Under the pieces are notes generated by a model. That model did no database searches, had not been told where the DNA came from, and saw only the letters and a list, made by a program, of their open reading frames with translations. Below, piece by piece: positions 34,110 to 42,317 of a stretch of 57,935 nucleotides of DNA. Position 1 is the stretch's first letter. Every line of letters begins with the position of its first letter. Location: NCBI GenBank assembly GCA_964520655.1, contig CAZFNI010000002.1:1-57935 (forward strand), written 5' to 3'. Made by a program: the position numbers and the translations under genes. The DNA comes from an uncultured Planctomycetales bacterium (lineage in GTDB: Bacteria; Omnitrophota; Gorgyraeia; Zapsychrales; Fredricksoniimonadaceae).

Positions 34110-35865
34110 TTTCGGACACTTTCATGATAGCTTTTAATTCTTCAGGTTGAAGTTTAGGGTTCAGGTCTTCCAATCCGGAACCAAATTTTAACATCGGCTC
34201 GATCTTCTGATCAGGGTCGATCATGAGTTCGCAGACAACAGGGCCAGATGTTGTCAGGACCTTCTTTATCCCTGATCGAAGTTCCTGATGGTTGGCAATG
34301 CGTACCGCAGGTAATCCAAACGCTTCCGCAGTTTTAATAAAATCTGGAAAACATAAACCAGTTTTCTGGTCGACAGCCGCATAATTGGAATTTAGCCATG
34401 TATCCATGGTCTGTTTCTGGATGGCGTGACCGTCATTGCTGAAAATAAACACTTTCACATTCATGTTATAACGCCGTATGGTTGCCAACTCTTCGATATT
34501 CATCATCAGCCCGCCATCGCCCGTCAAACACAATACCCTTGGCGCGCCTGCGGCGATAGCTCCCACACTCGCGGATAACGCATACCCCATCGGTGTATGA
34601 TTCCAGGCAGAGAACATCCGCTGCCCCAGCTTCATCTCAACAGCCTGAAGCGTCCAGGAAATATTGGCACCTGTATCCGTTATGTACACGTCACTGGCAT
34701 CAGAAGCCTTGGAGATCTCTTTTACAAAAACATGCCCGTCGACAAAATCCTTACGGTCATATTTAGAAGCCGGACAAATGGGATACTGCTTCTCCCATTG
34801 CCTGATCTGCGCCCGCCACTGTTCATAACGGTCCTGTTTGTCTCCAGCCAATGAGATCATCAGTTTGAAGAACAACGGCAATGGCGATTGAATGCCCATG
34901 TCCAACTTGAAATCATTTTGGGTGAACTTATTTAGTTCATGAGGATCAATATCAATGAGCACCTTTTTAGCTTTTGGGGCGAATAATGTTGTTTTTCCTC
35001 CCGTGATCATTTGGGAAAGCCTGGTTCCGGCTCCTATGATCAAATCCGCGTTCTGGGCGGCAAAATTCCCCCAGCGCGGTCCTACGACACCCAGACCTCC
35101 CATATTCAGAGGATCATCATGCGCCATGATGTCTTTACCGCCCCACGTCAACAGGACAGGGATACCCTGGTGACGGGCAAAATTCAAAACCGGCTCTATC
35201 GCATGCGCGATCCGGATACCGGCACCCAGGATCAAGACCGGTCTTTTCGCGCGCTTGATCAATGTCATTAACTGACTGGCTTGATCCGTGCATTCGGTAT
35301 AATGTTCTTTCGCAGGAACAGGGAATTCCCTCAACTGGCTGACATCAATATCCGAGCGCTGCAGATCATCAGGAATGTCCAGCATCACGGGTCCAGGACG
35401 TTCATGGGTGGCGATGTAGATGGCCTTCTGCAGTTCATATTTGATGTCGTATGGGTCCATGATCCGCACCGAATACTTGGTGATTGAGGAGAACAACGAA
35501 ACAACATCAGTTTCCTGGAAACCCTTCTGGCGCAATTGATCACTGGGACGCAGCCTCGGTGTCGTTACCTGGCCACAAATGAACAAACAGGGAATGGAAT
35601 CAAAATAAGCGTTGCAAATGCTTGTCGTCAAATTCGTCGCCCCTGGACCAGAGGTGACCATGACCGTGCCGACCTTGCCGCTCACGCGCGAATACGCATC
35701 GGCCGCCGCACCGCCGGCCTGTTCATGCTGGACACAAATATACTGCATGTCCGGATGCCGCGCGACCGAATCAATGGAATGGATAATTGCACCGCCGGAC
35801 ACAACGAACACATGCTTGATCTCCTGCGCATGCAGGAATTGTACAATATAATCCGCTAGTTTCAT
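34102..35865 (-). CDS. Thiamine-diphosphate enzyme of the acetolactate-synthase/YerE type
   Basis: 587 aa with three domains. Has TSGPGATNL, and GDGGLMMNIEELATIRRYNMNVKVFIFSNDG (ThDP GDG-x24-NN motif). Confidence 0.9.
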   Translation of the reverse strand: MKLADYIVQFLHAQEIKHVFVVSGGAIIHSIDSVARHPDMQYICVQHEQAGGAAADAYSRVSGKVGTVMVTSGPGATNLTTSICNAYFDSIPCLFICGQVTTPRLRPSDQLRQKGFQETDVVSLFSSITKYSVRIMDPYDIKYELQKAIYIATHERPGPVMLDIPDDLQRSDIDVSQLREFPVPAKEHYTECTDQASQLMTLIKRAKRPVLILGAGIRIAHAIEPVLNFARHQGIPVLLTWGGKDIMAHDDPLNMGGLGVVGPRWGNFAAQNADLIIGAGTRLSQMITGGKTTLFAPKAKKVLIDIDPHELNKFTQNDFKLDMGIQSPLPLFFKLMISLAGDKQDRYEQWRAQIRQWEKQYPICPASKYDRKDFVDGHVFVKEISKASDASDVYITDTGANISWTLQAVEMKLGQRMFSAWNHTPMGYALSASVGAIAAGAPRVLCLTGDGGLMMNIEELATIRRYNMNVKVFIFSNDGHAIQKQTMDTWLNSNYAAVDQKTGLCFPDFIKTAEAFGLPAVRIANHQELRSGIKKVLTTSGPVVCELMIDPDQKIEPMLKFGSGLEDLNPKLQPEELKAIMKVSENG

Positions 35866-36539
35866 TTAACCCCCACACCCATCCCAAAAATATAATGACA
35901 CATCGGAGCGTACCCTGTGTGCAGAACCTCATCATTCATCCCGAACATGAACACGCGCTTGAAATATTTCTCCATCAGCGCTTTCAACGTTTTTTGGCTG
36001 TGCAAATTGATGTGCTGAACACGGCTGCGTTCTGAAGCATACTCATTAGCCGTGATATTCGGTGTGCCAATGATGCAAACACCGTCTTTTTTCAAGATCT
36101 GCGCCTGGCTTCTGACAAAAGGATCATTTAAATGTTGGTCCAAATGCTCGATCACATCAATGGAATATGCCCCGTCGAATTTACCCTTCGGCAGTTTCAG
36201 GTCCTGGATCGTCCCGCAGCGGAATTCAACATTCTTGATCTTGGCCAGTCTTTTTTTATTGCTTTCAATGTGCCGGGCATCCGGCTCGATCGCCAAGACT
36301 TTGTTAACATGCTGGGCCACGATCGGTGTACCGAAGGCATCCCCGCAGCCCACTTCGATGGCAGAATCAAACCCATCAAACATTTTCGCCGGGAATTTAT
36401 AACGGGACAAGACAAACCCCATATGTTTTGGATCATGTAGAAGACTGTAGGAGGTCCATGGCCCCAGATCGATCGAGTCAATGAATTGATAATCTGTTCC
36501 TAAACGGTATGCTTCCTGCTGAGATATTTTCTTTGCCAT
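35862..36539 (-). CDS. Class I SAM-dependent methyltransferase
   Basis: Has AIEVGCGDAFGT (motif I) and FDGAYSIDVIEHL. Confidence 0.75.
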   Translation of the reverse strand: MAKKISQQEAYRLGTDYQFIDSIDLGPWTSYSLLHDPKHMGFVLSRYKFPAKMFDGFDSAIEVGCGDAFGTPIVAQHVNKVLAIEPDARHIESNKKRLAKIKNVEFRCGTIQDLKLPKGKFDGAYSIDVIEHLDQHLNDPFVRSQAQILKKDGVCIIGTPNITANEYASERSRVQHINLHSQKTLKALMEKYFKRVFMFGMNDEVLHTGYAPMCHYIFGMGVGVK

Positions 36540-36553
36540 AGCGCTCTTTCTTT

Positions 36554-37366
36554 CTATTGCAGGAAGGTATTGCCTTGCCTGCGTAATTTATACATATCAG
36601 CGTCCTTAAGCAACGCCTTGACCAACCTATCCCTGGTCTTCTCCTTCCAGGGATCATATACGATAGAGAAATTCCTCCCAGAAACCACACTTTTGCCCTG
36701 CGCGCGCAGCCATTCTATGCTGTTAAAAATATCCTCGAGCGGCGTACCTTCCTTTTCCTTTAGAAAATCTTTAGTCTCTTTCACCTTCGCTTTTGCCGTT
36801 CGCTTGTCGCTTAAGATCGTGTGATGGATCTTGGTCTTCGTCCACCCAGGGCCGACTATAAAAATATTCATATCCTTATTTTCCGCATCTAAAAACTCGC
36901 ACATCTTGGCCAGCATGATCTTTGAGACAGTATAGGCGGAAAAATTAAGAACTGTGCCGTTCATGCCGCCTCCGGCAAAAAGGATAACGTCGCTGACAAC
37001 TTTATTGCGGAACGGATAAAGCGCATGAAGCGCCTGCAATTGAGCTAAACAATTCGTATTGACTGACGCAGACCATTCCTCAAAGTCGCTTTCAAAAAAA
37101 GGCACAACAGGCAAAGGATGCCCAACGCACGAAATAAAAACATCCCAGGTCGATCCATTCTTTTTAAATCTTGCTGCCAGAGCTTTGATATCTTTAGATC
37201 GGGACACGTCGCATTTGATCAATACGCAATTCTTGTTCGCGCGCAGATCTTTTAAATGAAGGTCACTGCGGTATGTGCCAATGACCTTAAAACCTGAATC
37301 CAGATAACGTCTTGCCAGATCAAGACCAATATCGCTGCTTATGGACAATATAAAAACAGTGCGCAT
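36554..37366 (-). CDS. SDR-like oxidoreductase (atypical glycine motif)
   Basis: 270 aa. Has ILSISSDIGLDLA at the N-terminus and YTVSK (Tyr-x3-Lys). Confidence 0.65.
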   Translation of the reverse strand: MRTVFILSISSDIGLDLARRYLDSGFKVIGTYRSDLHLKDLRANKNCVLIKCDVSRSKDIKALAARFKKNGSTWDVFISCVGHPLPVVPFFESDFEEWSASVNTNCLAQLQALHALYPFRNKVVSDVILFAGGGMNGTVLNFSAYTVSKIMLAKMCEFLDAENKDMNIFIVGPGWTKTKIHHTILSDKRTAKAKVKETKDFLKEKEGTPLEDIFNSIEWLRAQGKSVVSGRNFSIVYDPWKEKTRDRLVKALLKDADMYKLRRQGNTFLQ

Positions 37367-38400
37367 TAATAGGGACCAACAAAAGTATCTGCCGCTTTTT
37401 CCTTAAAGTCGAACTTGTCCTTGCGTTCCAAAAGCTCATAGGCCGCAGCGATGAGCGTCTCAAAATTTGGATAGAATGCTTCTTCTAATGGCTTTGATAC
37501 CGGACAGGGTGACTCGGGCCAGGTGATACGCTTCACAGGTGCTTTTAGGGAACTAAACGCTTTATCTGCAGCGATGGCGGCGACTTCGGAGGCAAACCCA
37601 CATTTAGCCCAGCTGGTATCCGCCGCGATCAACCTTCCTGTTTTGGTGACAGATCGGATGATCGCTGCTTCATCAAGCGGCGTGATCGTGACTGGATCAA
37701 TGATCTCCATGCTGATCCCAACCTTTTCTAACTGCTCGGCGGCTTTCTGGGCTTGATCAACCATCCAGGAAGTAGCCACAACCGTCACATCTTTCCCAGG
37801 ACGAACAATACGGGCGACCCCAAAAGGAATGGTGTAATATTCTTGCGGCACCACCGACTTTAGATCATACAAAGACCTGTGCTCTAATATCGCCACAGGC
37901 GAATCACTTTTAAGGGATTGCAGAATGATCCCTTTGATATCACAGGCATTGCTTGGCATGGCCACGATCAATCCAGGAAAATGCGCCAGGATAGATTGAA
38001 TGCTTTGGGAATGCGTCGGCCCTTGTCCCCACCCTTTGCCGATGATCCCGCGTACCACGATCGGTACAATGGACTTCCCCGCATAGGTATATTTCCATTT
38101 AGCGGCGTTATTGATCATTTGATCAAGGGCCAGGAACATGAAATCATTACGCGCGTGTACTAAGACTGGACGCTTTTTATTAAGTGCGGCACCGATGGCA
38201 ACACCTGTCAATGCGTTCTCTGAAGCAGGCGTATCAAACACGCGGGTTGAACCAAATTTTAAAAATGCTTCCCTGGTCGTGTTAAAGATCCCTTTATAAT
38301 CATCGACCCCAAGCCCAAAGATAAACACATTGGGATCTTTCTCCATTCCCTGACAAAGAGCTTCACTGATCGCCTGAGCATATGTGATCTCACGGTTCAT
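37366..38400 (-). CDS. 2-oxoacid dehydrogenase/transketolase-type E1 component, beta subunit
   Basis: 344 aa. Has REITYAQAI.EAL, FGLGVDD, VFDTPASENA and a transketolase C-terminal domain. Confidence 0.9.
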   Translation of the reverse strand: MNREITYAQAISEALCQGMEKDPNVFIFGLGVDDYKGIFNTTREAFLKFGSTRVFDTPASENALTGVAIGAALNKKRPVLVHARNDFMFLALDQMINNAAKWKYTYAGKSIVPIVVRGIIGKGWGQGPTHSQSIQSILAHFPGLIVAMPSNACDIKGIILQSLKSDSPVAILEHRSLYDLKSVVPQEYYTIPFGVARIVRPGKDVTVVATSWMVDQAQKAAEQLEKVGISMEIIDPVTITPLDEAAIIRSVTKTGRLIAADTSWAKCGFASEVAAIAADKAFSSLKAPVKRITWPESPCPVSKPLEEAFYPNFETLIAAAYELLERKDKFDFKEKAADTFVGPY

Positions 38401-38401
38401 A

Positions 38402-39358
38402 TCAATACACCGACCTTAATAATTCCTCAGTATCCGGCCATGGGCTTGCTAATGCCCTCTGATAGGCTTCGTCTGAACGTTTTGACCATTTTAGATTCAA
38501 CGCATCAATATCTGTTTGTGACAGGATCTTTTCCTTGATAAGCTTTTCGCTAAACCTCTTGATCGGGCACTTTGCCATCCAGGAATCCACTTCCTCTTTT
38601 GTTCGGTATCCCCTGTCATAATCAAACAGCGGACCCACATGTTCCCGAAAACGATAGGTCAAGCATTCAACAAATTGAGGTTTTTGTTCCTTACGTATCT
38701 GCTCAATGACGCGATGTAATGTCTCGTAAACCAGCTCCACATCATTACCGTCGATCTGTGTTGTCTTCAGGTCCGGAGACGATAAACGTTTATAGATCGC
38801 AGAAGGCGGCTGACGAACGCCTAAGGGAGAATGCGTCGAATAAAGGTTGTTCTCACATAAAAACAGGACTGGTAGCTGTTTTGCTAATGCAAAATTCACG
38901 CTTTCGGGAAAAGCCCCCTCCTCGATCGTGGCATCACCAAAAATAGATACCGCAACATTATCTTTACGGTCCATTTTAAACGACAAGGCCGCCCCTACAG
39001 CCACTGGGATCATCGCGCCTAAGATCGGCGATGAATAAATGTGCACGGATGGATCCGTTAAATGCGCTGACCCCGCCCTGCCTCGTGATATACCCGATAC
39101 CCGTCCGCATAATTCCGCAAAAAAACCATCGAAATCACCGCCCTTGGCCAAATAGGCCGCATGGCATCGGTGGCCGGTAAATATCTGGTCATCAAGACGC
39201 AGCGCCAAAGACAACCCCGCTGCTACTGCCTCTTGCCCAATGGACAAATGGGTGGGCGTTTTCATCATTTGTTCTTTAGCATACACAGCAACGATCTTTT
39301 CTTCCGCCTGACGGATCTTGATCATTTGCTCTAGCAACTGGTGCTTGATCTGACTCAT
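38402..39358 (-). CDS. ThDP-dependent E1 component, alpha subunit
   Basis: 318 aa. Has GQEAVAAG, and GDATIEEGAFPESVNFALAKQLPVLFLCENNLYS (ThDP-binding motif). Confidence 0.9.
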   Translation of the reverse strand: MSQIKHQLLEQMIKIRQAEEKIVAVYAKEQMMKTPTHLSIGQEAVAAGLSLALRLDDQIFTGHRCHAAYLAKGGDFDGFFAELCGRVSGISRGRAGSAHLTDPSVHIYSSPILGAMIPVAVGAALSFKMDRKDNVAVSIFGDATIEEGAFPESVNFALAKQLPVLFLCENNLYSTHSPLGVRQPPSAIYKRLSSPDLKTTQIDGNDVELVYETLHRVIEQIRKEQKPQFVECLTYRFREHVGPLFDYDRGYRTKEEVDSWMAKCPIKRFSEKLIKEKILSQTDIDALNLKWSKRSDEAYQRALASPWPDTEELLRSVY

Positions 39359-40350
39359 TGTAAATTAACCGCCTGCATGGTCTTGATATTGTAATATTTG
39401 TTATCTGTCATAGAATTTGGTACTTTACCGGCTTCAAAAGCTTTGCGCAGATCAACGACCGCGTCCGCGATCGTATGTTTTGGTTTAAACCCAAGTTCTT
39501 TCAATATCTTCTCAGAAGAAATGTGATAGGAACGGTTGTCATTGGTCGGTTCAACCACAATTTCGATCGAGGGCCGATCCAGATTGTCTTTGACCATTTG
39601 TGCGATCTGGCTGACCGAATGGTTCTCATAACCGGCATTGAATATTTTACCGGCGATCTTTTCAGAAGGGTATTTCAAGGATTCTATATAAAGATCGGTC
39701 ATGTCCTCAATATGAATGTTAGGACGTTTCTGTCCGCCGCCAAACACCTTGATGCGGTTATTATTGATCGCATGATTGGTCAAGATATTAACGGTAAGGT
39801 CCAAACGCAAACGCGGTGAATATCCGCAAACCGTCGCGGGACGTAAGATCAATACCGTAAAATCTTTCGTCTGCTCTTTGAGCAAAACATCTTCGCATAA
39901 GGCCTTATATTTAGAATAATCCGTCAAGGGCTCAAGAGGAAGGTCTTCAGTCACATTGGGTGTTTCTTTAACACCGTACACACTGGAACTGGACGCATAA
40001 ATAAAGCGCTTGACCTTGTTCTTTTTGGAAATAGCGACCAGAGGCAAAAAAGCGTCATAATTGATCGTTTTGGCCAGGTTAGGGTTTAGTTCATAACTGG
40101 GGTCATTGGAAATACACGCCAGATGGATCACCGCATCAGTGCCCGGGATATGTTTTTCCAGCAATTGCACATCACGTATATCGCCTTTGATGCAGGTTAG
40201 ATTAGGATCTTTGGCGACAGATGGGAATACATCTTCTCCGTAAAGAAAAAGATCCAATACTTTCACTTGATACCCCGCCTTTAATAGCTTGGGGATCAAT
40301 ACCGCTCCAACGTAACCAGCCCCACCCGTGACAAACACGTTCTTGATCAT
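39355..40350 (-). CDS. NAD-dependent sugar-nucleotide epimerase/dehydratase (extended SDR)
   Basis: Has VTGGAGYVGAVL and YSKYK (YxxxK). The start at 40350 (MIKNVFVTGG) gives a 4-nt overlap with GT9. Confidence 0.85.
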   Translation of the reverse strand: MIKNVFVTGGAGYVGAVLIPKLLKAGYQVKVLDLFLYGEDVFPSVAKDPNLTCIKGDIRDVQLLEKHIPGTDAVIHLACISNDPSYELNPNLAKTINYDAFLPLVAISKKNKVKRFIYASSSSVYGVKETPNVTEDLPLEPLTDYSKYKALCEDVLLKEQTKDFTVLILRPATVCGYSPRLRLDLTVNILTNHAINNNRIKVFGGGQKRPNIHIEDMTDLYIESLKYPSEKIAGKIFNAGYENHSVSQIAQMVKDNLDRPSIEIVVEPTNDNRSYHISSEKILKELGFKPKHTIADAVVDLRKAFEAGKVPNSMTDNKYYNIKTMQAVNLQ

Positions 40351-41273
40351 GATAAAAACTCCTTGCACTTGCGGGCAACATCCGCAGGTAAAATAAAATT
40401 CATACAAAAATCTTTATTGGTGCAATACGGCATATAACACGGCATTTGATGGCAATTGGCAGTTGACGCGATGACTTCCACATTGGGGATCCCCTGCATG
40501 CGCAGGTAATTCGTCGGCCCATACAATGTAATGACCTTCTTGCCTAACGCCTGCCCGATCGCCTGTCCCAGCGAATCAGATGTGACAATAATACGACAGC
40601 TGTCGATCCATTCAATATATTTTGTTAAATTCTTGTGTCCCTGCTGCCAGGAGACCGTATACCCCTTTTGCAGCAGCATTTCCAACTTTTTCCAGTGATC
40701 CATAGGCCACGCTTTTGTCGGCCATTTGCTGCCGACCGAATGGTTGAAACCGACATCATATTTGATCCGCGTCCTGCGTTTGTTCCCCAGGATCAGTCCC
40801 TGACCATTCCACTTCTTCCCCACCGTCTCAAACAATAATTCCAACGCATTCTTTGGAATATCCCTCTGATTCTCCTGTCCGGATAATAAATACCGCGTAG
40901 ATCTCTTGCGCGTTGTGATCTGATGGGATTTATCATTAAAATAAAAACCATACTTCTTCTTAGACACAATGCCGTTGATCATCGTACAGATCCCGATGTC
41001 TTTCTCAAGATTGATCAAGACATCAAACTGCTCCTGCATCAGATCATGCACGGTTTTTGTGCTAAAGATCAATAACCTGTTTATATATGGATTAAACTTA
41101 AGGAGTTGTTTAGCTTGCCAGTCTGTGAGCCAGACCACCTCATCATTCTTATAAACATGAAGAAGGGCTGTACATATCAGAACATCCCCCAGACTGACCG
41201 TTGTAGAAATGCCCCTATCAAGAAACTCAGAAAACCCTGTTTTAATGATGAGAACTTTTTTTTGTTGTTTCAT
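40347..41273 (-). CDS. GT9-family glycosyltransferase (heptosyltransferase-like)
   Basis: Has KVLIIKTG...SLGDVLICTALL at the N-terminus and SDSLGQAIGQALGKKVITLYGPTN near the C-terminus, both GT9 hallmarks. Confidence 0.7.
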   Translation of the reverse strand: MKQQKKVLIIKTGFSEFLDRGISTTVSLGDVLICTALLHVYKNDEVVWLTDWQAKQLLKFNPYINRLLIFSTKTVHDLMQEQFDVLINLEKDIGICTMINGIVSKKKYGFYFNDKSHQITTRKRSTRYLLSGQENQRDIPKNALELLFETVGKKWNGQGLILGNKRRTRIKYDVGFNHSVGSKWPTKAWPMDHWKKLEMLLQKGYTVSWQQGHKNLTKYIEWIDSCRIIVTSDSLGQAIGQALGKKVITLYGPTNYLRMQGIPNVEVIASTANCHQMPCYMPYCTNKDFCMNFILPADVARKCKEFLS

Positions 41274-41299
41274 GAGTACATCTTTTGGATCATTGCGGA

Positions 41300-42262
41300 C
41301 TAACGGATAATGGCACCTGCAGTCGCATCCTGTTTGCCGTAGGTATTGACAACTTCTTCCACATATTCAAGGTTTGACGCATAAGGCTCGCCGATCGCGC
41401 GGATCTCAACCGATGAGTGACCATATTCCTGAAAACGGTTATTCTTTACTTTAATATCGCAAGAATTGCATTTTCCATAAACAGAACAGGGAACCCATTC
41501 ACCCAAAAGTTTAGGCGGCTGCTCATCCAATAAATGCCCAAGTGGAAAACGATTGGCGTAAAGGTCTGAATGGCAACGAAAAATATACCCGGCTGGATCG
41601 ATCAGGAATTCCGTAGTGCGGCATTCACAGCTGCGCACCATTCTGGCATTGACCGCTTCTGGATATCTCATCGTTCCATAATTAGTCCCATTATAAGGCC
41701 CCAGGAATTCTTTAAGCCTGAAATCGATCCCCATATTTTCAGCCTGTTTCTGGACTTTACGTGTTTCATCCATATATTCCGGGTGGTCAACAGCCCAAAC
41801 GCCGATGTGATACCCTTTATCCATAAAATACTTAACACGCTTAAGCAATACATCCGGGTCCTGCTGACCTCGATGGTAGGAAACACGAATAGATCCATAA
41901 GGCGCATCACGCTTTATGCGCTCTGGACCAATGTGGCTCATAAACACCTCAGGATCAACCTCTAAATTCGTCAACAGGTCAATGGGGAAATCCCCCCTTA
42001 GACCTTTGACGATCTCATAAAAATGTTTATGGACAGTCGGCTCCCCACCTTGAAACGTAATGGGAACATCCCCATTCTTAGATCGTATGCGGTTAAGACC
42101 ACGGATCCAATCTTCACCGGACATCCAGCGCTTTTTTACCAGATCACCGCCGTGATGATTAATGCAGTAACTGCAACGCAGCATGCACGCGAAAGATAGG
42201 AAAGCTGCGACATAATTGAAATTCTCAGGAAGTATGATCGGTTTCAGGTCGGTATTGGACAT
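41300..42262 (-). CDS. Radical SAM enzyme (non-B12), Cys-rich C-terminus
   Basis: Has FACMLRCSYCINH (CxxxCxxC) and ITFQGGEPT. Additional C-terminal cysteines (CECR...FRCHSD...CSVYGKCNSCD) suggest an auxiliary cluster. Confidence 0.8.
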   Translation of the reverse strand: MSNTDLKPIILPENFNYVAAFLSFACMLRCSYCINHHGGDLVKKRWMSGEDWIRGLNRIRSKNGDVPITFQGGEPTVHKHFYEIVKGLRGDFPIDLLTNLEVDPEVFMSHIGPERIKRDAPYGSIRVSYHRGQQDPDVLLKRVKYFMDKGYHIGVWAVDHPEYMDETRKVQKQAENMGIDFRLKEFLGPYNGTNYGTMRYPEAVNARMVRSCECRTTEFLIDPAGYIFRCHSDLYANRFPLGHLLDEQPPKLLGEWVPCSVYGKCNSCDIKVKNNRFQEYGHSSVEIRAIGEPYASNLEYVEEVVNTYGKQDATAGAIIR

Positions 42263-42317
42263 GGATTAATAGTAATATAAAAGAAATAAATGGGCAATAA
42301 AATAATCCAAAAGAACA

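Noticed and set aside
37366-39358. E1alpha/E1beta as a pyruvate, acetoin or branched-chain 2-oxoacid dehydrogenase complex.
   Set aside because: No E2 (lipoyl acyltransferase) or E3 is adjacent or anywhere in the window. The pair is embedded among glycosyltransferase, methyltransferase and sugar-epimerase genes.
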